Origin: a virus
IMG/VR virus record: IMGVR_UViG_3300025120_014916
Location: 32,001 to 96,000 of that record
DNA: 64,000 nucleotides
Reading direction: 5' to 3' (one strand)
Made by a program: the position numbers and the translations under genes. Positions within the stretch are counted from its first letter, which is position 1; each line of letters begins with the position of its first letter. A model generated the notes under the pieces. The model worked only from the letters and a program-made list of their open reading frames with translations. It did not search any database and was not told where the DNA came from. Below are positions 44,320-55,052 of this stretch, in pieces.

Positions 44320-45501
44320 TTATTCCCTTAAAAGGCCGGCAAAAGCTATTGAGTCTGTGCCCAGGATGGTCTGTATTACATTTTCATACTTAGGTCTTAG
44401 TATACTACCGTTACCACTACTTTTAAACCTCGTACCTACGTCCGAAACGTCTCTTGTTGATTCACTGCTTAATATTGCATTTTGCAATTTTTCGTTTTTT
44501 ATACTAGTATATCTCGCTTCGTAAGCCCTGTCTTTTGCTATCTTGTCAATGTAAGGTGGACTCATATACTTTCCAGTAGACACATAGCCATCCAAACTAT
44601 ACTGATATCCTGACGTTGTGGTGTTTCCTAGCTTAGTATACGTAAATTTACTGTCTGCAAATACCAAATCTTGACAATCTTCAAAAAAATCATACTTGTA
44701 AGATTCAAAATCAGTTTTATTCTGTATTTGGCTGGTTCCTTTTCTCAACTCAGTTGTACTGCCGGCCGGTAAATCCCACGGTCCAGAACAAAAAGATGCT
44801 CTGATTCCTCTTACTTGAATATCAGCTGCAGATGTATTTGCTTTTTTACTTCTAACTTCAAGTACGTCAATGGCACCGTCATAAATGGCTTCTTCAGGTT
44901 CAGTATAATGCAAATAATCTTCAACGTTGTTATTGATGATCATATAAGCTCTATAGTATTTTCCTCTTCTAATATATTCCACTGGGTCCAGGCGTCCCGG
45001 ATAATCATAAAAAGGATTAAACTTTTTTTCTATTCCGTCATTTATAACATTAAAATTATAAGAGTACAATTGACCAAATGTTGTTTCTTCATATGTATTA
45101 ACAACATTACCAAATTCATCAACAACCTCGGGTGAGTTAATTGTTAAATGTGGTAGCATGGAACAAACTTTATCGTTTAAGTGATTGACATTGTGACCTT
45201 GTTTAAAGTCTGAAAGACTGTGCGAAGAAACAGAGTCTCCTAAAATCGACACCCTACCTATTCTTTTAACACCTAAGGTATCATCCTCAATTACTACTTT
45301 GACTTCAGACTGTTTTCTTTCAACAGTTATCTGGCCTATTCTAACTGTGGCAGCTGTGGAAACTGACTGTGCTGCTTCGTCGACATTCTTTAATGTATCT
45401 GAAGGAAGCCCAGCAGCTTTGTCAGAAAAAAATGTTGTCATGTGCTTTCTTAATCTATTATTAAGTCTGGCCTTGACTATGTGTGATGTAACTGATGCCA
45501 T
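44320..45501 (-). CDS. Hypothetical virion structural protein
   Basis: 393 aa, tightly packed in the baseplate operon. Confidence 0.65.
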   Translation of the reverse strand: MASVTSHIVKARLNNRLRKHMTTFFSDKAAGLPSDTLKNVDEAAQSVSTAATVRIGQITVERKQSEVKVVIEDDTLGVKRIGRVSILGDSVSSHSLSDFKQGHNVNHLNDKVCSMLPHLTINSPEVVDEFGNVVNTYEETTFGQLYSYNFNVINDGIEKKFNPFYDYPGRLDPVEYIRRGKYYRAYMIINNNVEDYLHYTEPEEAIYDGAIDVLEVRSKKANTSAADIQVRGIRASFCSGPWDLPAGSTTELRKGTSQIQNKTDFESYKYDFFEDCQDLVFADSKFTYTKLGNTTTSGYQYSLDGYVSTGKYMSPPYIDKIAKDRAYEARYTSIKNEKLQNAILSSESTRDVSDVGTRFKSSGNGSILRPKYENVIQTILGTDSIAFAGLLRE

Positions 45502-45511
45502 AATAATTCTC

Positions 45512-48500
45512 TTAAAATTTACAAATTTTGGTAGTTAGTTGTGATAAAAGTAGTGTTCCACGGTTCGGATCTCTAGGTAGTGATTTTAAATAAATCTCAT
45601 CAAAAAGATATTTAAATCTATTTCTTTCTAAAACATGCGATTCATATACAAAATTAATACCCATAAATGTTGTTGTTCTAGGTATGAGAGAATAAACTAA
45701 GTCTGTATAAGAATTATCAATCCATTTAAAAATATTTCTATATCTTCCCAAATCTAGATCTTCTATGACATTATGAAAGTAAACATTACTAAAAGACCTG
45801 ATGTCACGATATTCCTCTGCGAACAATGAATTTGGTTGACCTAATGCATTTTCAATGGGCTGAAAGTCTGGAAATATCGTCATAATATTTTCATTAAGCC
45901 CTTTCATAACTGACATGTCTATTGAAAACCTAGTATCGTCTACAGTTTCTTCAAGTAGAGGTGTTTCATAAACAGGTGAAATTAAAGCAAACTTATTATC
46001 TTTTAAAAAGCTAGAATTCTGTAGAGATCTTATACGGATTTTTTCTTTTGTGCTGTTTAAGTCAAAATTTTCAGATAGTATTTCGTATATGTGATGATTT
46101 GGTGTCATAACAATTTTTAGCGGTTCAAAATTTTCCCCTTGCAAATGCAAGTTATTTTGTGAAAAGTCAAAAAATTTAATTTTTCCATCTACTTTTGAGC
46201 TAGTTGTTGCTTGTTTTCCGTAGGTTTGAAGTCTCAATCTTTCAAAGCTACCGGTCTCACTTAAAGAAAAGTTATAATTAATTTCAGGATTGTTTGTGCC
46301 AACTGAGTTTGGATTTTTTGCATAACTTAAAAATTCATTTTCTTTTTTAAATGATGACCAAAAATTTAAATAAGATACTTCACCAGAAAATATTGTTGAC
46401 TTATATTTTTCGTCACTACTTTTATTGATAAACTTTGCTGATGATTCTATACTTTGTGAACCTATTATTAAAAAAGACCCAGAAGAATTATACTGTGGTG
46501 ACCAATTGGTGACAACTGAATCGCTTTTTTTAGATATGAAAGAAGAAGTATAATGATACTCTTGCTGCTTACCACCTAAATATTTTGCTGCTCTTAAGAA
46601 ATATTCGTCACTATAAGTATTACTTGAATTAATTCCATTGTTTTTCGAAAAGTTAATTGACCATATGTCGCCGTCTAAAATATTAACATTTTTTATTTCA
46701 ATTGAATTAATTAAATTGTTAGAAACTCCGTCGCTTATATGCGCGTTTATTGCTGTGTCGGTTGCAACAAGATTAATTACTGTACCTTCTTTATTTGTGC
46801 TAGCATCTGATCCCGTTACATTCACCCTAAACAAGCTTTGTGTTGACGGGTGATTTAATCTCTTGTCAAAGGTATAATAACCTTGTATCGTAAAAGAAGA
46901 CGTTGTGAAAAGGCCATCAGATTTATCGTTACTTTGACCGTTTACGTATGAACCTTTTATTATGGGTATACCCATTTCGCTTCTAGTGCCGGACAAATAA
47001 GGAGATTTTAAAGATGGGGTAGATGAGCTTCGACCCTCATTGTTTAAAGCAGTAATATTTAAATTAGAAATACTTCCTGAAAAATTTAAAAAATTAATAA
47101 TATCTTTTTTTAACTCTACAGATGTTGACAAGTCTTTGGTTTTTGAGCCGCCATATTCACGAAAATTAAATATATTTTCAGCTTCAATACCTGAAGAACG
47201 AAATATAGACCTAATTGCGTCCATATGTCCTTTTGTTTGCTTGATATTTGCAATATCTGATAGTATTCTGCGCCATATTAGGTTTTGTAACTCTTGAAGG
47301 CCTCTTACAGCTAGTTCAGGATTGCTTTTGATGTCGTAACCAGATATTAACTGGTCTACATTTGCATTTGAAAAAAGGCTTGGCAGGTTGAGCCCTAAGT
47401 GAGTACCTAGCCTACTAAGAAACTTATTTGAAACTGTTTCGTATTCATCGTATTCTACAAAATTAATTTTTGAAAAATGATCTAGATATATCTTGATCTC
47501 ATCGAATATTTTTGCCCAACTTAAAAGAAGTTTAACTAATAGTTGAATTGATGTTCTTGTATTTTGCGTTGACTGAATTGATGACTTTTCGCTTAGCGCG
47601 TTTTCTAAATTGCCGAGTGTTTTTTGAAGATTATCTTGCTCATTTCCTAGTTCTAAGTAGTGGGGTGGCACCAATTTTGTAATTAAGTTTGGATTTACAT
47701 TATCATATTCAACTGCTTCATCTAACAAACTTGTGTTTAATGCTACGACCGGTGCATAGCCCGGAAACAATACGGGTGAATCTGACATTTTTTCCAGTTT
47801 AACAGGCTGTGTTGTGTGACTACCTGTATTTCTTGTATACGCTGCGAGATAATTTTTTATTGTTGAATTTAGACTATTTCCTGACGCGTCTAATACAATG
47901 TTGTTGCCGGCATACACACCAAAAGGTTCATTAAACTTATAATACAGTGCTAGATTGTCATGACCTGACACAGATCGATACATATATTTTTTAATTTCTT
48001 TTTTAGATATTGCCCTATGAAATATTCTTAATTCATCGATCGATCCTGTCAAAGTTTCTTCAAGGGTAAATATACTCTTGTCATCTCTTACATTGAACCC
48101 TCTACCTATTGACATGTCACCTGTTGGAGATATGCTATTAAAATATACTTTGTTACTAGAGGTTGCATATGTATGATCCTGTATACTGTCAGACATAAGC
48201 ATTAAAGAGCTGAACTGGTTGCAATCATGGTATTCAGCTGTAACATGAACAAATTCACCCTTAGGTAGTGTTGCTGATGCTTTAATTGATCTAGATCCTG
48301 AATTAATTAAAAAATCAATTTTGCAATTATTAACATCACTTGATGCGCTTAGGTATACACCAAAATTATAAGCAAGTGATTGATGTTTTTGAATGATCGC
48401 CTGATTGTCATTTGATTGTTTTGGTAAGTTTATAAAAAATTGTACATTTAAAGGTAATGAACCCGGGTTTATTTTGCTTTCTGCCTTTTTGTTTTTAGAT

Positions 48501-48994
48501 ATATCTTTATATTCAATACCTGAAAAGTCTTTAACGTCGATGTAAGTTCCGTTTAGTTGACTTTCTCCCTTTTTTGTTCCTGATAAAATTAAATAGCCTA
48601 GGTTTCTAGGATATATGTCATAAACATGTTTTTCATAGCCAGTTAGGCTATCTTCAAAAGATTCGATATCTTTATTTGTTCCTTCGTACGGAAACTTATT
48701 TAGTATTAAGTCAAAAGATTCATTAACTTTTGCAACAGCTGAATGGAAGAATGTATGATTAATAAAGTTGCTGTAATCAGTATTTATTTCTTGTGTGGAC
48801 ACTACGGCTTCTTTATCACCGTATCTGTAAGAAGCTGTACTAAAAATATTTGTATTTTTAAAAGATTCAAAAGAAATATTTTTATCTTGAGCTCGATTAA
48901 GATAATCAGATGATTGCCTGGTACTTTTTCTCATTTTAGGTTTAAATAACTTACTAGGTTGTCGCTGCCTAGATATTGTTTTTCTTTTTGACAT
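45512..48994 (-). CDS. LamG-domain baseplate protein
   Basis: 1160 aa; FVHVTAEY, GSIDELRIF...LALYYKFNEP LamG module plus a second beta-sandwich. Confidence 0.75.
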   Translation of the reverse strand: MSKRKTISRQRQPSKLFKPKMRKSTRQSSDYLNRAQDKNISFESFKNTNIFSTASYRYGDKEAVVSTQEINTDYSNFINHTFFHSAVAKVNESFDLILNKFPYEGTNKDIESFEDSLTGYEKHVYDIYPRNLGYLILSGTKKGESQLNGTYIDVKDFSGIEYKDISKNKKAESKINPGSLPLNVQFFINLPKQSNDNQAIIQKHQSLAYNFGVYLSASSDVNNCKIDFLINSGSRSIKASATLPKGEFVHVTAEYHDCNQFSSLMLMSDSIQDHTYATSSNKVYFNSISPTGDMSIGRGFNVRDDKSIFTLEETLTGSIDELRIFHRAISKKEIKKYMYRSVSGHDNLALYYKFNEPFGVYAGNNIVLDASGNSLNSTIKNYLAAYTRNTGSHTTQPVKLEKMSDSPVLFPGYAPVVALNTSLLDEAVEYDNVNPNLITKLVPPHYLELGNEQDNLQKTLGNLENALSEKSSIQSTQNTRTSIQLLVKLLLSWAKIFDEIKIYLDHFSKINFVEYDEYETVSNKFLSRLGTHLGLNLPSLFSNANVDQLISGYDIKSNPELAVRGLQELQNLIWRRILSDIANIKQTKGHMDAIRSIFRSSGIEAENIFNFREYGGSKTKDLSTSVELKKDIINFLNFSGSISNLNITALNNEGRSSSTPSLKSPYLSGTRSEMGIPIIKGSYVNGQSNDKSDGLFTTSSFTIQGYYTFDKRLNHPSTQSLFRVNVTGSDASTNKEGTVINLVATDTAINAHISDGVSNNLINSIEIKNVNILDGDIWSINFSKNNGINSSNTYSDEYFLRAAKYLGGKQQEYHYTSSFISKKSDSVVTNWSPQYNSSGSFLIIGSQSIESSAKFINKSSDEKYKSTIFSGEVSYLNFWSSFKKENEFLSYAKNPNSVGTNNPEINYNFSLSETGSFERLRLQTYGKQATTSSKVDGKIKFFDFSQNNLHLQGENFEPLKIVMTPNHHIYEILSENFDLNSTKEKIRIRSLQNSSFLKDNKFALISPVYETPLLEETVDDTRFSIDMSVMKGLNENIMTIFPDFQPIENALGQPNSLFAEEYRDIRSFSNVYFHNVIEDLDLGRYRNIFKWIDNSYTDLVYSLIPRTTTFMGINFVYESHVLERNRFKYLFDEIYLKSLPRDPNRGTLLLSQLTTKICKF

Positions 48995-49002
48995 TTTTAC
49001 AC

Positions 49003-50517
49003 CTACTCAACTATGAACTTTGAAGCAGCGTCTGTTATATAAGTATTTATGCTGCCTTGTTTGACTAAATATTCAAAAACATATGATCTACCTCGAGGCA
49101 AACTTGACATGTAAAAGTCATAATACATACCATCAGAATCTGTAGATAATTTTGTTGAATTGTTTTTTATATCAAAAGGTATAAGCATCTTACCGTTGAT
49201 AGCGTCTCTTACTGAATAGTGTACGTTTTCAAATATCTCGCTTGGCTTATCTATAGGGCCTTTTGTAAAAACAACTTCTCGGTCTGCGTTTTCAATAAAC
49301 AAGCGTATCCTTACATAGTCTGTTTCTTTATATCTGTCATTTAAATTTAATGTGGTTGCCAAAAGCCTTCTTTCTCTATACTTTAAACTAGTCCTTAAGT
49401 TCTTTTTTACTTTTAAAGATGAAGACAAGTATGTAATTGTTTCATCATTAGAAGACCAAATTGCATCAAACTCTAATTCTTTTTTTGTCTTAAGCGCTGT
49501 GTTTAAGCCGGTATCGTAACTTGAAAGAGCAAAAGAAGCAGAGTATAATCCAACTATTCTATTTTCGCTTCTAATGGCTTGTGACACATTGAAGTTTTTA
49601 GAAAAAGATCCGGATCGGATTTTTAGTATCATCGCCCCTGTTGGCGCGATATCTGTATTATCAGAATTTTTAATATTGCTGGGTGCAGATCTAGAAAAGT
49701 TATTTAGATACAATGAACCTGAATAATCAAAAACATAATTTCCATGATTATCAGTAATACTGTCATTATATTTAATAACTAACTTTGGCCTCAATGCAGA
49801 ATTTGCTGTATTTCTTGATGCAAACCTTTTAACAAAGTAAGAGCGATCATCTTTTTCATATGATCCGGATAGCGCAACAAGTAGACCATTATTTGTTATT
49901 AAGTTCTTAACTGACGCTGACACAAAACTGGTCACATCAATATTTAAGTTTTCCTCTCCTGTTGAAAAGAATTGTTCAGAGCAAAGAGGGATTGCAGAAG
50001 CCTGCCCTGCCAGTGTTCCACTTACTATGACGTCAATATTTGATTCTCCTAAGCTTCCTGATTTACTTGCCCCGGGTAATTGCCACGCTGTCAATACACC
50101 GTTTTTATACGATGCAGTTATCCAGTTTGTTGCTCCTAAATCTTTGTATTCAGTTATATCGTAACCTGAACCCTCATCAAAGTCTTTTGCTAAAGGAAAG
50201 ACTATTACATTGAAGTTTGAAGGTGTGGTTTGGCCGCCGTATACATCGTGTAGAACTAAGCTTGCTTTAAAACTAGCATCGCCTACATTTATAGATCCGT
50301 TATTGTGCATATCTTTGATGTCGCTTAAACCAAACTTTAAAAGAAGTCTAGAGTTTTCAATTGGCTTGGTTTCTCCGGAGATCGATGATTCATTATATAA
50401 CTTAAACAAGTCAAGAGTTCCCGCCTGGCCTACATTCGCATCAGTTGCTCTGAATCTGTTGTTTATTATTTTATTGGTAATGTAGCCGTCTTTACTAGCT
50501 GATAAAACTCTTTGCAT
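49003..50517 (-). CDS. Baseplate-associated structural protein (beta-sandwich, DNRLRE-like)
   Basis: 504 aa; SRLLLKF, LNIDVT, NNGLL and RPKLVI pattern; TAATG-coupled to the gp6-like gene. Confidence 0.6.
   Translation of the reverse strand: MQRVLSASKDGYITNKIINNRFRATDANVGQAGTLDLFKLYNESSISGETKPIENSRLLLKFGLSDIKDMHNNGSINVGDASFKASLVLHDVYGGQTTPSNFNVIVFPLAKDFDEGSGYDITEYKDLGATNWITASYKNGVLTAWQLPGASKSGSLGESNIDVIVSGTLAGQASAIPLCSEQFFSTGEENLNIDVTSFVSASVKNLITNNGLLVALSGSYEKDDRSYFVKRFASRNTANSALRPKLVIKYNDSITDNHGNYVFDYSGSLYLNNFSRSAPSNIKNSDNTDIAPTGAMILKIRSGSFSKNFNVSQAIRSENRIVGLYSASFALSSYDTGLNTALKTKKELEFDAIWSSNDETITYLSSSLKVKKNLRTSLKYRERRLLATTLNLNDRYKETDYVRIRLFIENADREVVFTKGPIDKPSEIFENVHYSVRDAINGKMLIPFDIKNNSTKLSTDSDGMYYDFYMSSLPRGRSYVFEYLVKQGSINTYITDAASKFIVE
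49038..49046 (-). promoter_or_regulatory. Putative late promoter ATACTTATA
   Basis: Perfect motif inside the 3' end of the upstream gene, 44 nt before ATG 48994. Confidence 0.45.
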
Positions 50518-52364
50518 TAGTTAATCCTTCCAATTATGTCATCATTGGGATGTCTAAACTCAAATATTCCGCCTCGCGGCGGGAAAAGCATGCCTCTGTC
50601 TAGATTTCTTGCGGGGCTATAAGTTTCAGGTGAGTATTGCCTATTTTCAAAAGTTCCGAACCTGTTTAAAAATCTTAAGCTTCCTATTGACAATACGCCT
50701 CGCGTATTTAAAATCATGTTTTCTATATCACCTGTTATGATCGGTTGATCGATTTGAAAATTTTCAATTTTAAAATAGCTTTTAAGGCTACTATTAATTG
50801 ACTGAATTACTACTTCTGGATTTGATTTAACATCAATGTTTACAGAATATTTTAACGAAAGATTAATTACTTGTGCGTCTAATACATCAACAGCATCTGA
50901 TATTAGTCTATACTGACTTAAGTAAAGTCCTAGATTTTCTTTTAACACATCCGGAGATAGGATTAATTTTCCAGAACTATCTCTTGAAATAATGTGCAGC
51001 TGCGCGGAAAGAGGATTTGACGGATTATCTCTAACAGATACTCTAAAAACTCTTCCAAAGTTAGAAGGCATACTGTAAACTCTTGCAATTAAGTCTTCTC
51101 TAGTAACAACACGTCCTTGTGACGTCTTTGCAAAAAGTGCTGTCGTTCTTAATTCTTCCAGAGAAGGTTCGTTTTCACCGCCGGCTGCCGGCAGTCTGTT
51201 AGTAACAGACAGTGTGCTTCTAATTTCTGAAACTTGACTACTAGGTACGCTTGAATTAAATTTTGTCAATAATTTTTTAACGCCTTGTATTTCTCCAGCA
51301 GAAACATTATTGTCTAATCCGCCGCCATGGCGGTAAACTATTGTCAAGACAGTATTTTTAGGGCTAACGCCTAGTGTACTTGTTCCTAATAGAGCATTTG
51401 GATCAATTGCTATTTTTGAAAACGTTTTTCTATCACCAAATAATTTGATTGCATGATCTGATGGATCTGGTATAATGTCTTCATCAAATTTTTCTTCATT
51501 ACCTGAACCAAACCTAAGAGTTGTCACCCCGGATGTCCTGGATCTAAACTTTATAAATCTTTTAGGCGCAGGAATTACGCGTATTCTTTGTTGAACTAGT
51601 TCTGGATTGTTTCTTGTATTTTCCATTCTTTCGTATACAGTATCTTGGGTTAGAGACTCAACTTCATAATAGTCATCTTCTGAGGCATCTTTGACAGAAA
51701 TAATTTCAGTAACATTTGTTTTTTCTAAATTAACTTTTCTAAATGGCACAAAAGTATCAGGTATTGACAATTGCTGTGTGTATGTTTTCGCACTCGTGCA
51801 AACACCAGGTAGTGTCATAGTTACTTCTGTAACTTCATTCTGACTGTTTGTGGTAAATATTTCAATGTCTGCAACATAATTTCCTAACTCATCTTTTTTT
51901 GCAAAGTCAATTGTATCTAAAAGCGTAAATGTTGTTCCGCCCTGACTAGTAAACATTGATTCGTTTAAGACTTTTGGTATAAAGATAGAATCAGGAATGT
52001 AATCAGCGCCTGACAGTTTTGCTGGGACTTTTATTCTTACTAATAATTCTACAATTGAAGGTGATGGACCGGATATTTCTATTCCTGTCTGTCTTATATG
52101 CTGTTCAATATTTGCTTGTTCAACAGCAGTTTCTAGGGATAGTTCATTAAATTGATGATCCATATAAAATGACATACTATCACCAACATAAGCTGCTATG
52201 TCTATGAGCATTCCTGCAAGAGATCCTTCTGAAAGATCGACAATTTTATCACCGTAGTGTTGTCTAGAGAAAGATTCTAATTGACTTCTAAAAGATTGAA
52301 AGTCTTTTTGAAGATATGAAACCTCTTTGTGTTTTTTTACTTCTTTTTTAATATTTCTTGCCAT
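50517..52364 (-). CDS. gp6: Baseplate wedge protein, T4 gp6-like
   Basis: LIDIAAYVGDSMSFY...ETAVEQANI, AAGGENEPSLEELR and RVVTREDL motifs; follows gp25. Confidence 0.88.
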   Translation of the reverse strand: MARNIKKEVKKHKEVSYLQKDFQSFRSQLESFSRQHYGDKIVDLSEGSLAGMLIDIAAYVGDSMSFYMDHQFNELSLETAVEQANIEQHIRQTGIEISGPSPSIVELLVRIKVPAKLSGADYIPDSIFIPKVLNESMFTSQGGTTFTLLDTIDFAKKDELGNYVADIEIFTTNSQNEVTEVTMTLPGVCTSAKTYTQQLSIPDTFVPFRKVNLEKTNVTEIISVKDASEDDYYEVESLTQDTVYERMENTRNNPELVQQRIRVIPAPKRFIKFRSRTSGVTTLRFGSGNEEKFDEDIIPDPSDHAIKLFGDRKTFSKIAIDPNALLGTSTLGVSPKNTVLTIVYRHGGGLDNNVSAGEIQGVKKLLTKFNSSVPSSQVSEIRSTLSVTNRLPAAGGENEPSLEELRTTALFAKTSQGRVVTREDLIARVYSMPSNFGRVFRVSVRDNPSNPLSAQLHIISRDSSGKLILSPDVLKENLGLYLSQYRLISDAVDVLDAQVINLSLKYSVNIDVKSNPEVVIQSINSSLKSYFKIENFQIDQPIITGDIENMILNTRGVLSIGSLRFLNRFGTFENRQYSPETYSPARNLDRGMLFPPRGGIFEFRHPNDDIIGRIN

Positions 52365-52380
52365 ATAAGCCCTCTTTGAT

Positions 52381-52929
52381 TTATCCTGCGACAGTAAGTG
52401 TTACTTCTATAGCTTGATTTACTGTTTGTAACCTAGGTATGTTATACTTTACAAAAACAACAATTCCAAATAATCCGGCTGAGTTTCCTGCATGCTGATA
52501 GTCGTTATAAGTATTTGTTGATTTAACATCTTTGCTATTCGAATCTAGCCCTAATGAATTTATTTCGATATTTGTAATTTCTACAATTGGTATGTATTTG
52601 TTTGCTGTGACAGTGATTCTTCTAATCACTTCGGATTCAATCGACTCTAGGCTAGACGCATCGTATAACAAACCTTTAAGATTTGCACCTAGACCGGCAT
52701 TACATAGACGTTCTCCGAAATTTGTAAGCAAAAGATTTCTAAAATTGTCTTTAATCTGTGCTGCAGCATCAAAGTGCATTTTGTACATATCTTCGCCTGT
52801 TACCCCTTTGCCGAACTCTAGAGGGGTTTTTATTCCGATCGGTGGGTTAATGACAACGATGTTTTCTGTTAGTTCCCTAGCAGTTACTAACTTTCCTGAA
52901 CTTTTAAAACTAAATTTCTTTCTGGCCAT
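52381..52929 (-). CDS. gp25: Baseplate wedge protein, gp25-like
   Basis: QIKDNFRNLLLTNFGER...LGANLKGLLYD...YIPIVEI motif. Confidence 0.88.
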   Translation of the reverse strand: MARKKFSFKSSGKLVTARELTENIVVINPPIGIKTPLEFGKGVTGEDMYKMHFDAAAQIKDNFRNLLLTNFGERLCNAGLGANLKGLLYDASSLESIESEVIRRITVTANKYIPIVEITNIEINSLGLDSNSKDVKSTNTYNDYQHAGNSAGLFGIVVFVKYNIPRLQTVNQAIEVTLTVAG

Positions 52930-53002
52930 GACATTCCTTGTTATACATTAGATATATATTCTTTTGTTTAAATTTGTTGTCATGTTAATTTAAAAGTTTA
53001 TT

Positions 53003-54682
53003 TTATTCGCCAAAGATTTTTTCTGACTTGATATTAATATCAATAACATTAATAGCTTCTTCCTGAATGTTGTCTTGTGTAATGTTATTGCCTGCTGCTT
53101 CTAATGAAATTGAACTCGGTATTGGCGGTGTTGCCGGTGAGGTTTCATTACCCTCTTCATCAAATACAGCTGAAGTTGCAGGAATTTCAAAAGATTCAGA
53201 TTGTTGCGCTGATGCGCCGCTGTCTCTTAAATCTCTAGCAGCATTTAACGCTTCAACAATAGGGCTTAAAATCGGAGCTATAGGAGGAACTTTTGCTAAT
53301 GCCTGAAGGAGTGTATCTAAAATAAAATTTGCATATGCAGCATCGCCTGACAGCTTTTTAAGTAGCGGCGCTAATTCGCTATGCAAAATATAGGGCTCAG
53401 TTGGCGATTCATTATCTTCTCTAACTGCTAGTTCTATTTTTGTTTTACCCTGTAATCTTACTTTACCTTCTGAGTCCATGTCAAGAAAAGACTGTCCTAA
53501 CCTATTAGTAAGTCTCAAAGATTCATCTGCGACTACCCTGTTATGGTCAGCATACGTTACAATACTAGAGCCTCCCAGTGTCGGTAAATCACTAATAGCT
53601 GAACCAAATGTTTCATCAATCGCACAATTATTACTTAAATAAAGCCTAGCACCACAATTTGTTGCCTCAAAATCTGTTGACAAACCCGAGAAAAACTCTC
53701 TATTTTTATCTAAAAGATTTCCTATTTTATCTATTTCATAATTTTCTAGTTCAGAATACAGCGAGCCTCTTTCTGCTTTTACTATTCTTACCTCGCCGGC
53801 TTGTGCTTTGTCTGTGGTTGTGTTTTTTAGTTGATCGAGTTCTAATTTTTTTCTGCCCACGCAGAGGTCGATGGCCGGCGAAAAAGGGTATCTACCTTCA
53901 ATGTTGGGCTCCGTCAGCAAACCAGTAAAATCTTTTCTATTAAGTGTATTTGTTTTAAATTTTTCTGTTGTCAAGTGAACAAGCGAATTGTTTGAACCTA
54001 GTATTAGTGTATCTCCGCACTTTCTTCTGACAGGAGGCACGGGTTCTGCTGTAAATTCACGCTTATAAGAAAAAGAACTATCTGCCAACATGCTGGTACT
54101 AATATCTCTGGGTAGATTAGACTGGGATTTGTTGTCAAAGCTTGTATACGCAGATTCATCTATTTTCGATACAGATTCATCATCAAATAAATTTGTTTTT
54201 TCTTTTTTATTGTTTGGATTGTTTTCATTTAATTTTGATTCTATTAAACTAAATCTTTCAGCATGGGTGTAGTTTAGATCATCAGTTTGTTTAATTCCTG
54301 TCTTTCTAGAAAGCCAATAATACACGTCCCGACCATGAAATTCTTCTTTTAGCAGCCAAACGTGCTCACCTACTTTTATAGGTAAAGACATGTGAGGAAA
54401 AAAGGGATAGCATATAACAGGCAGGCCGCTGATATCAACGAGATATGCGATCAAACAATTCTTTGTCATTATTTCATAGTCGCCGCCATTTGAAACTCGA
54501 GGAAGTTTTCCTTTTCTTACTTTAAGATAAACATCTGGCTCGCCAATGAACTCCTTAACGATTCCTGTTTGATAAAAATATCCTGTTCCAGACCCAAATA
54601 AATTTTTACGATCTTCTGTTAGTCTGGTCGGATCTTTGTCACCAACATTCTTTTTTAAACTTGTTGCTAAATATTTTGTCAT
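53003..54682 (-). CDS. Putative baseplate hub/spike protein (gp5-like OB-fold N-terminus)
   Basis: CYPFFPHMSLPIKVGEHVW and GDTLILGSNNSLV motifs; immediately upstream of gp25. Confidence 0.55.
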   Translation of the reverse strand: MTKYLATSLKKNVGDKDPTRLTEDRKNLFGSGTGYFYQTGIVKEFIGEPDVYLKVRKGKLPRVSNGGDYEIMTKNCLIAYLVDISGLPVICYPFFPHMSLPIKVGEHVWLLKEEFHGRDVYYWLSRKTGIKQTDDLNYTHAERFSLIESKLNENNPNNKKEKTNLFDDESVSKIDESAYTSFDNKSQSNLPRDISTSMLADSSFSYKREFTAEPVPPVRRKCGDTLILGSNNSLVHLTTEKFKTNTLNRKDFTGLLTEPNIEGRYPFSPAIDLCVGRKKLELDQLKNTTTDKAQAGEVRIVKAERGSLYSELENYEIDKIGNLLDKNREFFSGLSTDFEATNCGARLYLSNNCAIDETFGSAISDLPTLGGSSIVTYADHNRVVADESLRLTNRLGQSFLDMDSEGKVRLQGKTKIELAVREDNESPTEPYILHSELAPLLKKLSGDAAYANFILDTLLQALAKVPPIAPILSPIVEALNAARDLRDSGASAQQSESFEIPATSAVFDEEGNETSPATPPIPSSISLEAAGNNITQDNIQEEAINVIDINIKSEKIFGE

Positions 54683-54684
54683 TT

Positions 54685-55050
54685 TTAATCCGATATTTTA
54701 TTAAATATATCATCATCAGATATCATGCTTGTATTTTCTTCTTCTTTTGCTATTAACTCAGCTAACTTAAGTATTTGGTCATTTGACTTGCTCATTCTTT
54801 CCAGATATTTGGTCATCAAAGTCCCGAACTGAATGTGATTTGTTGAATTGCCGTGAGTCTGCAAAACTAAATCTGTTAATAGAAGTCCTGCTGTTTCTCT
54901 ATCGTCAACAGCATTTTGGTATGATTCTTTCCACAAAAGCTTTTTTTTATCTTCAGTATTTTCCAAAGAATCTAAAAGATCTGAAAATTCTTTTATTTTT
55001 TCTTCTTTTTTGTCGTTAACATCGCTTATAATTTCTTTTGATTTCGTCAT
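54685..55050 (-). CDS. Hypothetical alpha-helical protein
   Basis: 121 aa, downstream of the sigma factor; KYLERMSKSNDQILKLAELI helix. Confidence 0.75.
   Translation of the reverse strand: MTKSKEIISDVNDKKEEKIKEFSDLLDSLENTEDKKKLLWKESYQNAVDDRETAGLLLTDLVLQTHGNSTNHIQFGTLMTKYLERMSKSNDQILKLAELIAKEEENTSMISDDDIFNKISD
54700..54708 (-). promoter_or_regulatory. Putative late promoter, variant ATATTTAAT
   Basis: 18 nt upstream of ATG 54682, inside the upstream gene. Confidence 0.35.
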
Positions 55051-55052
55051 TG

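Noticed and set aside
24351-48994. Diversity-generating retroelement acting on LamG/fibre genes
   Set aside because: No reverse transcriptase and no TR/VR-like near-duplicate segment was noticed in the window.
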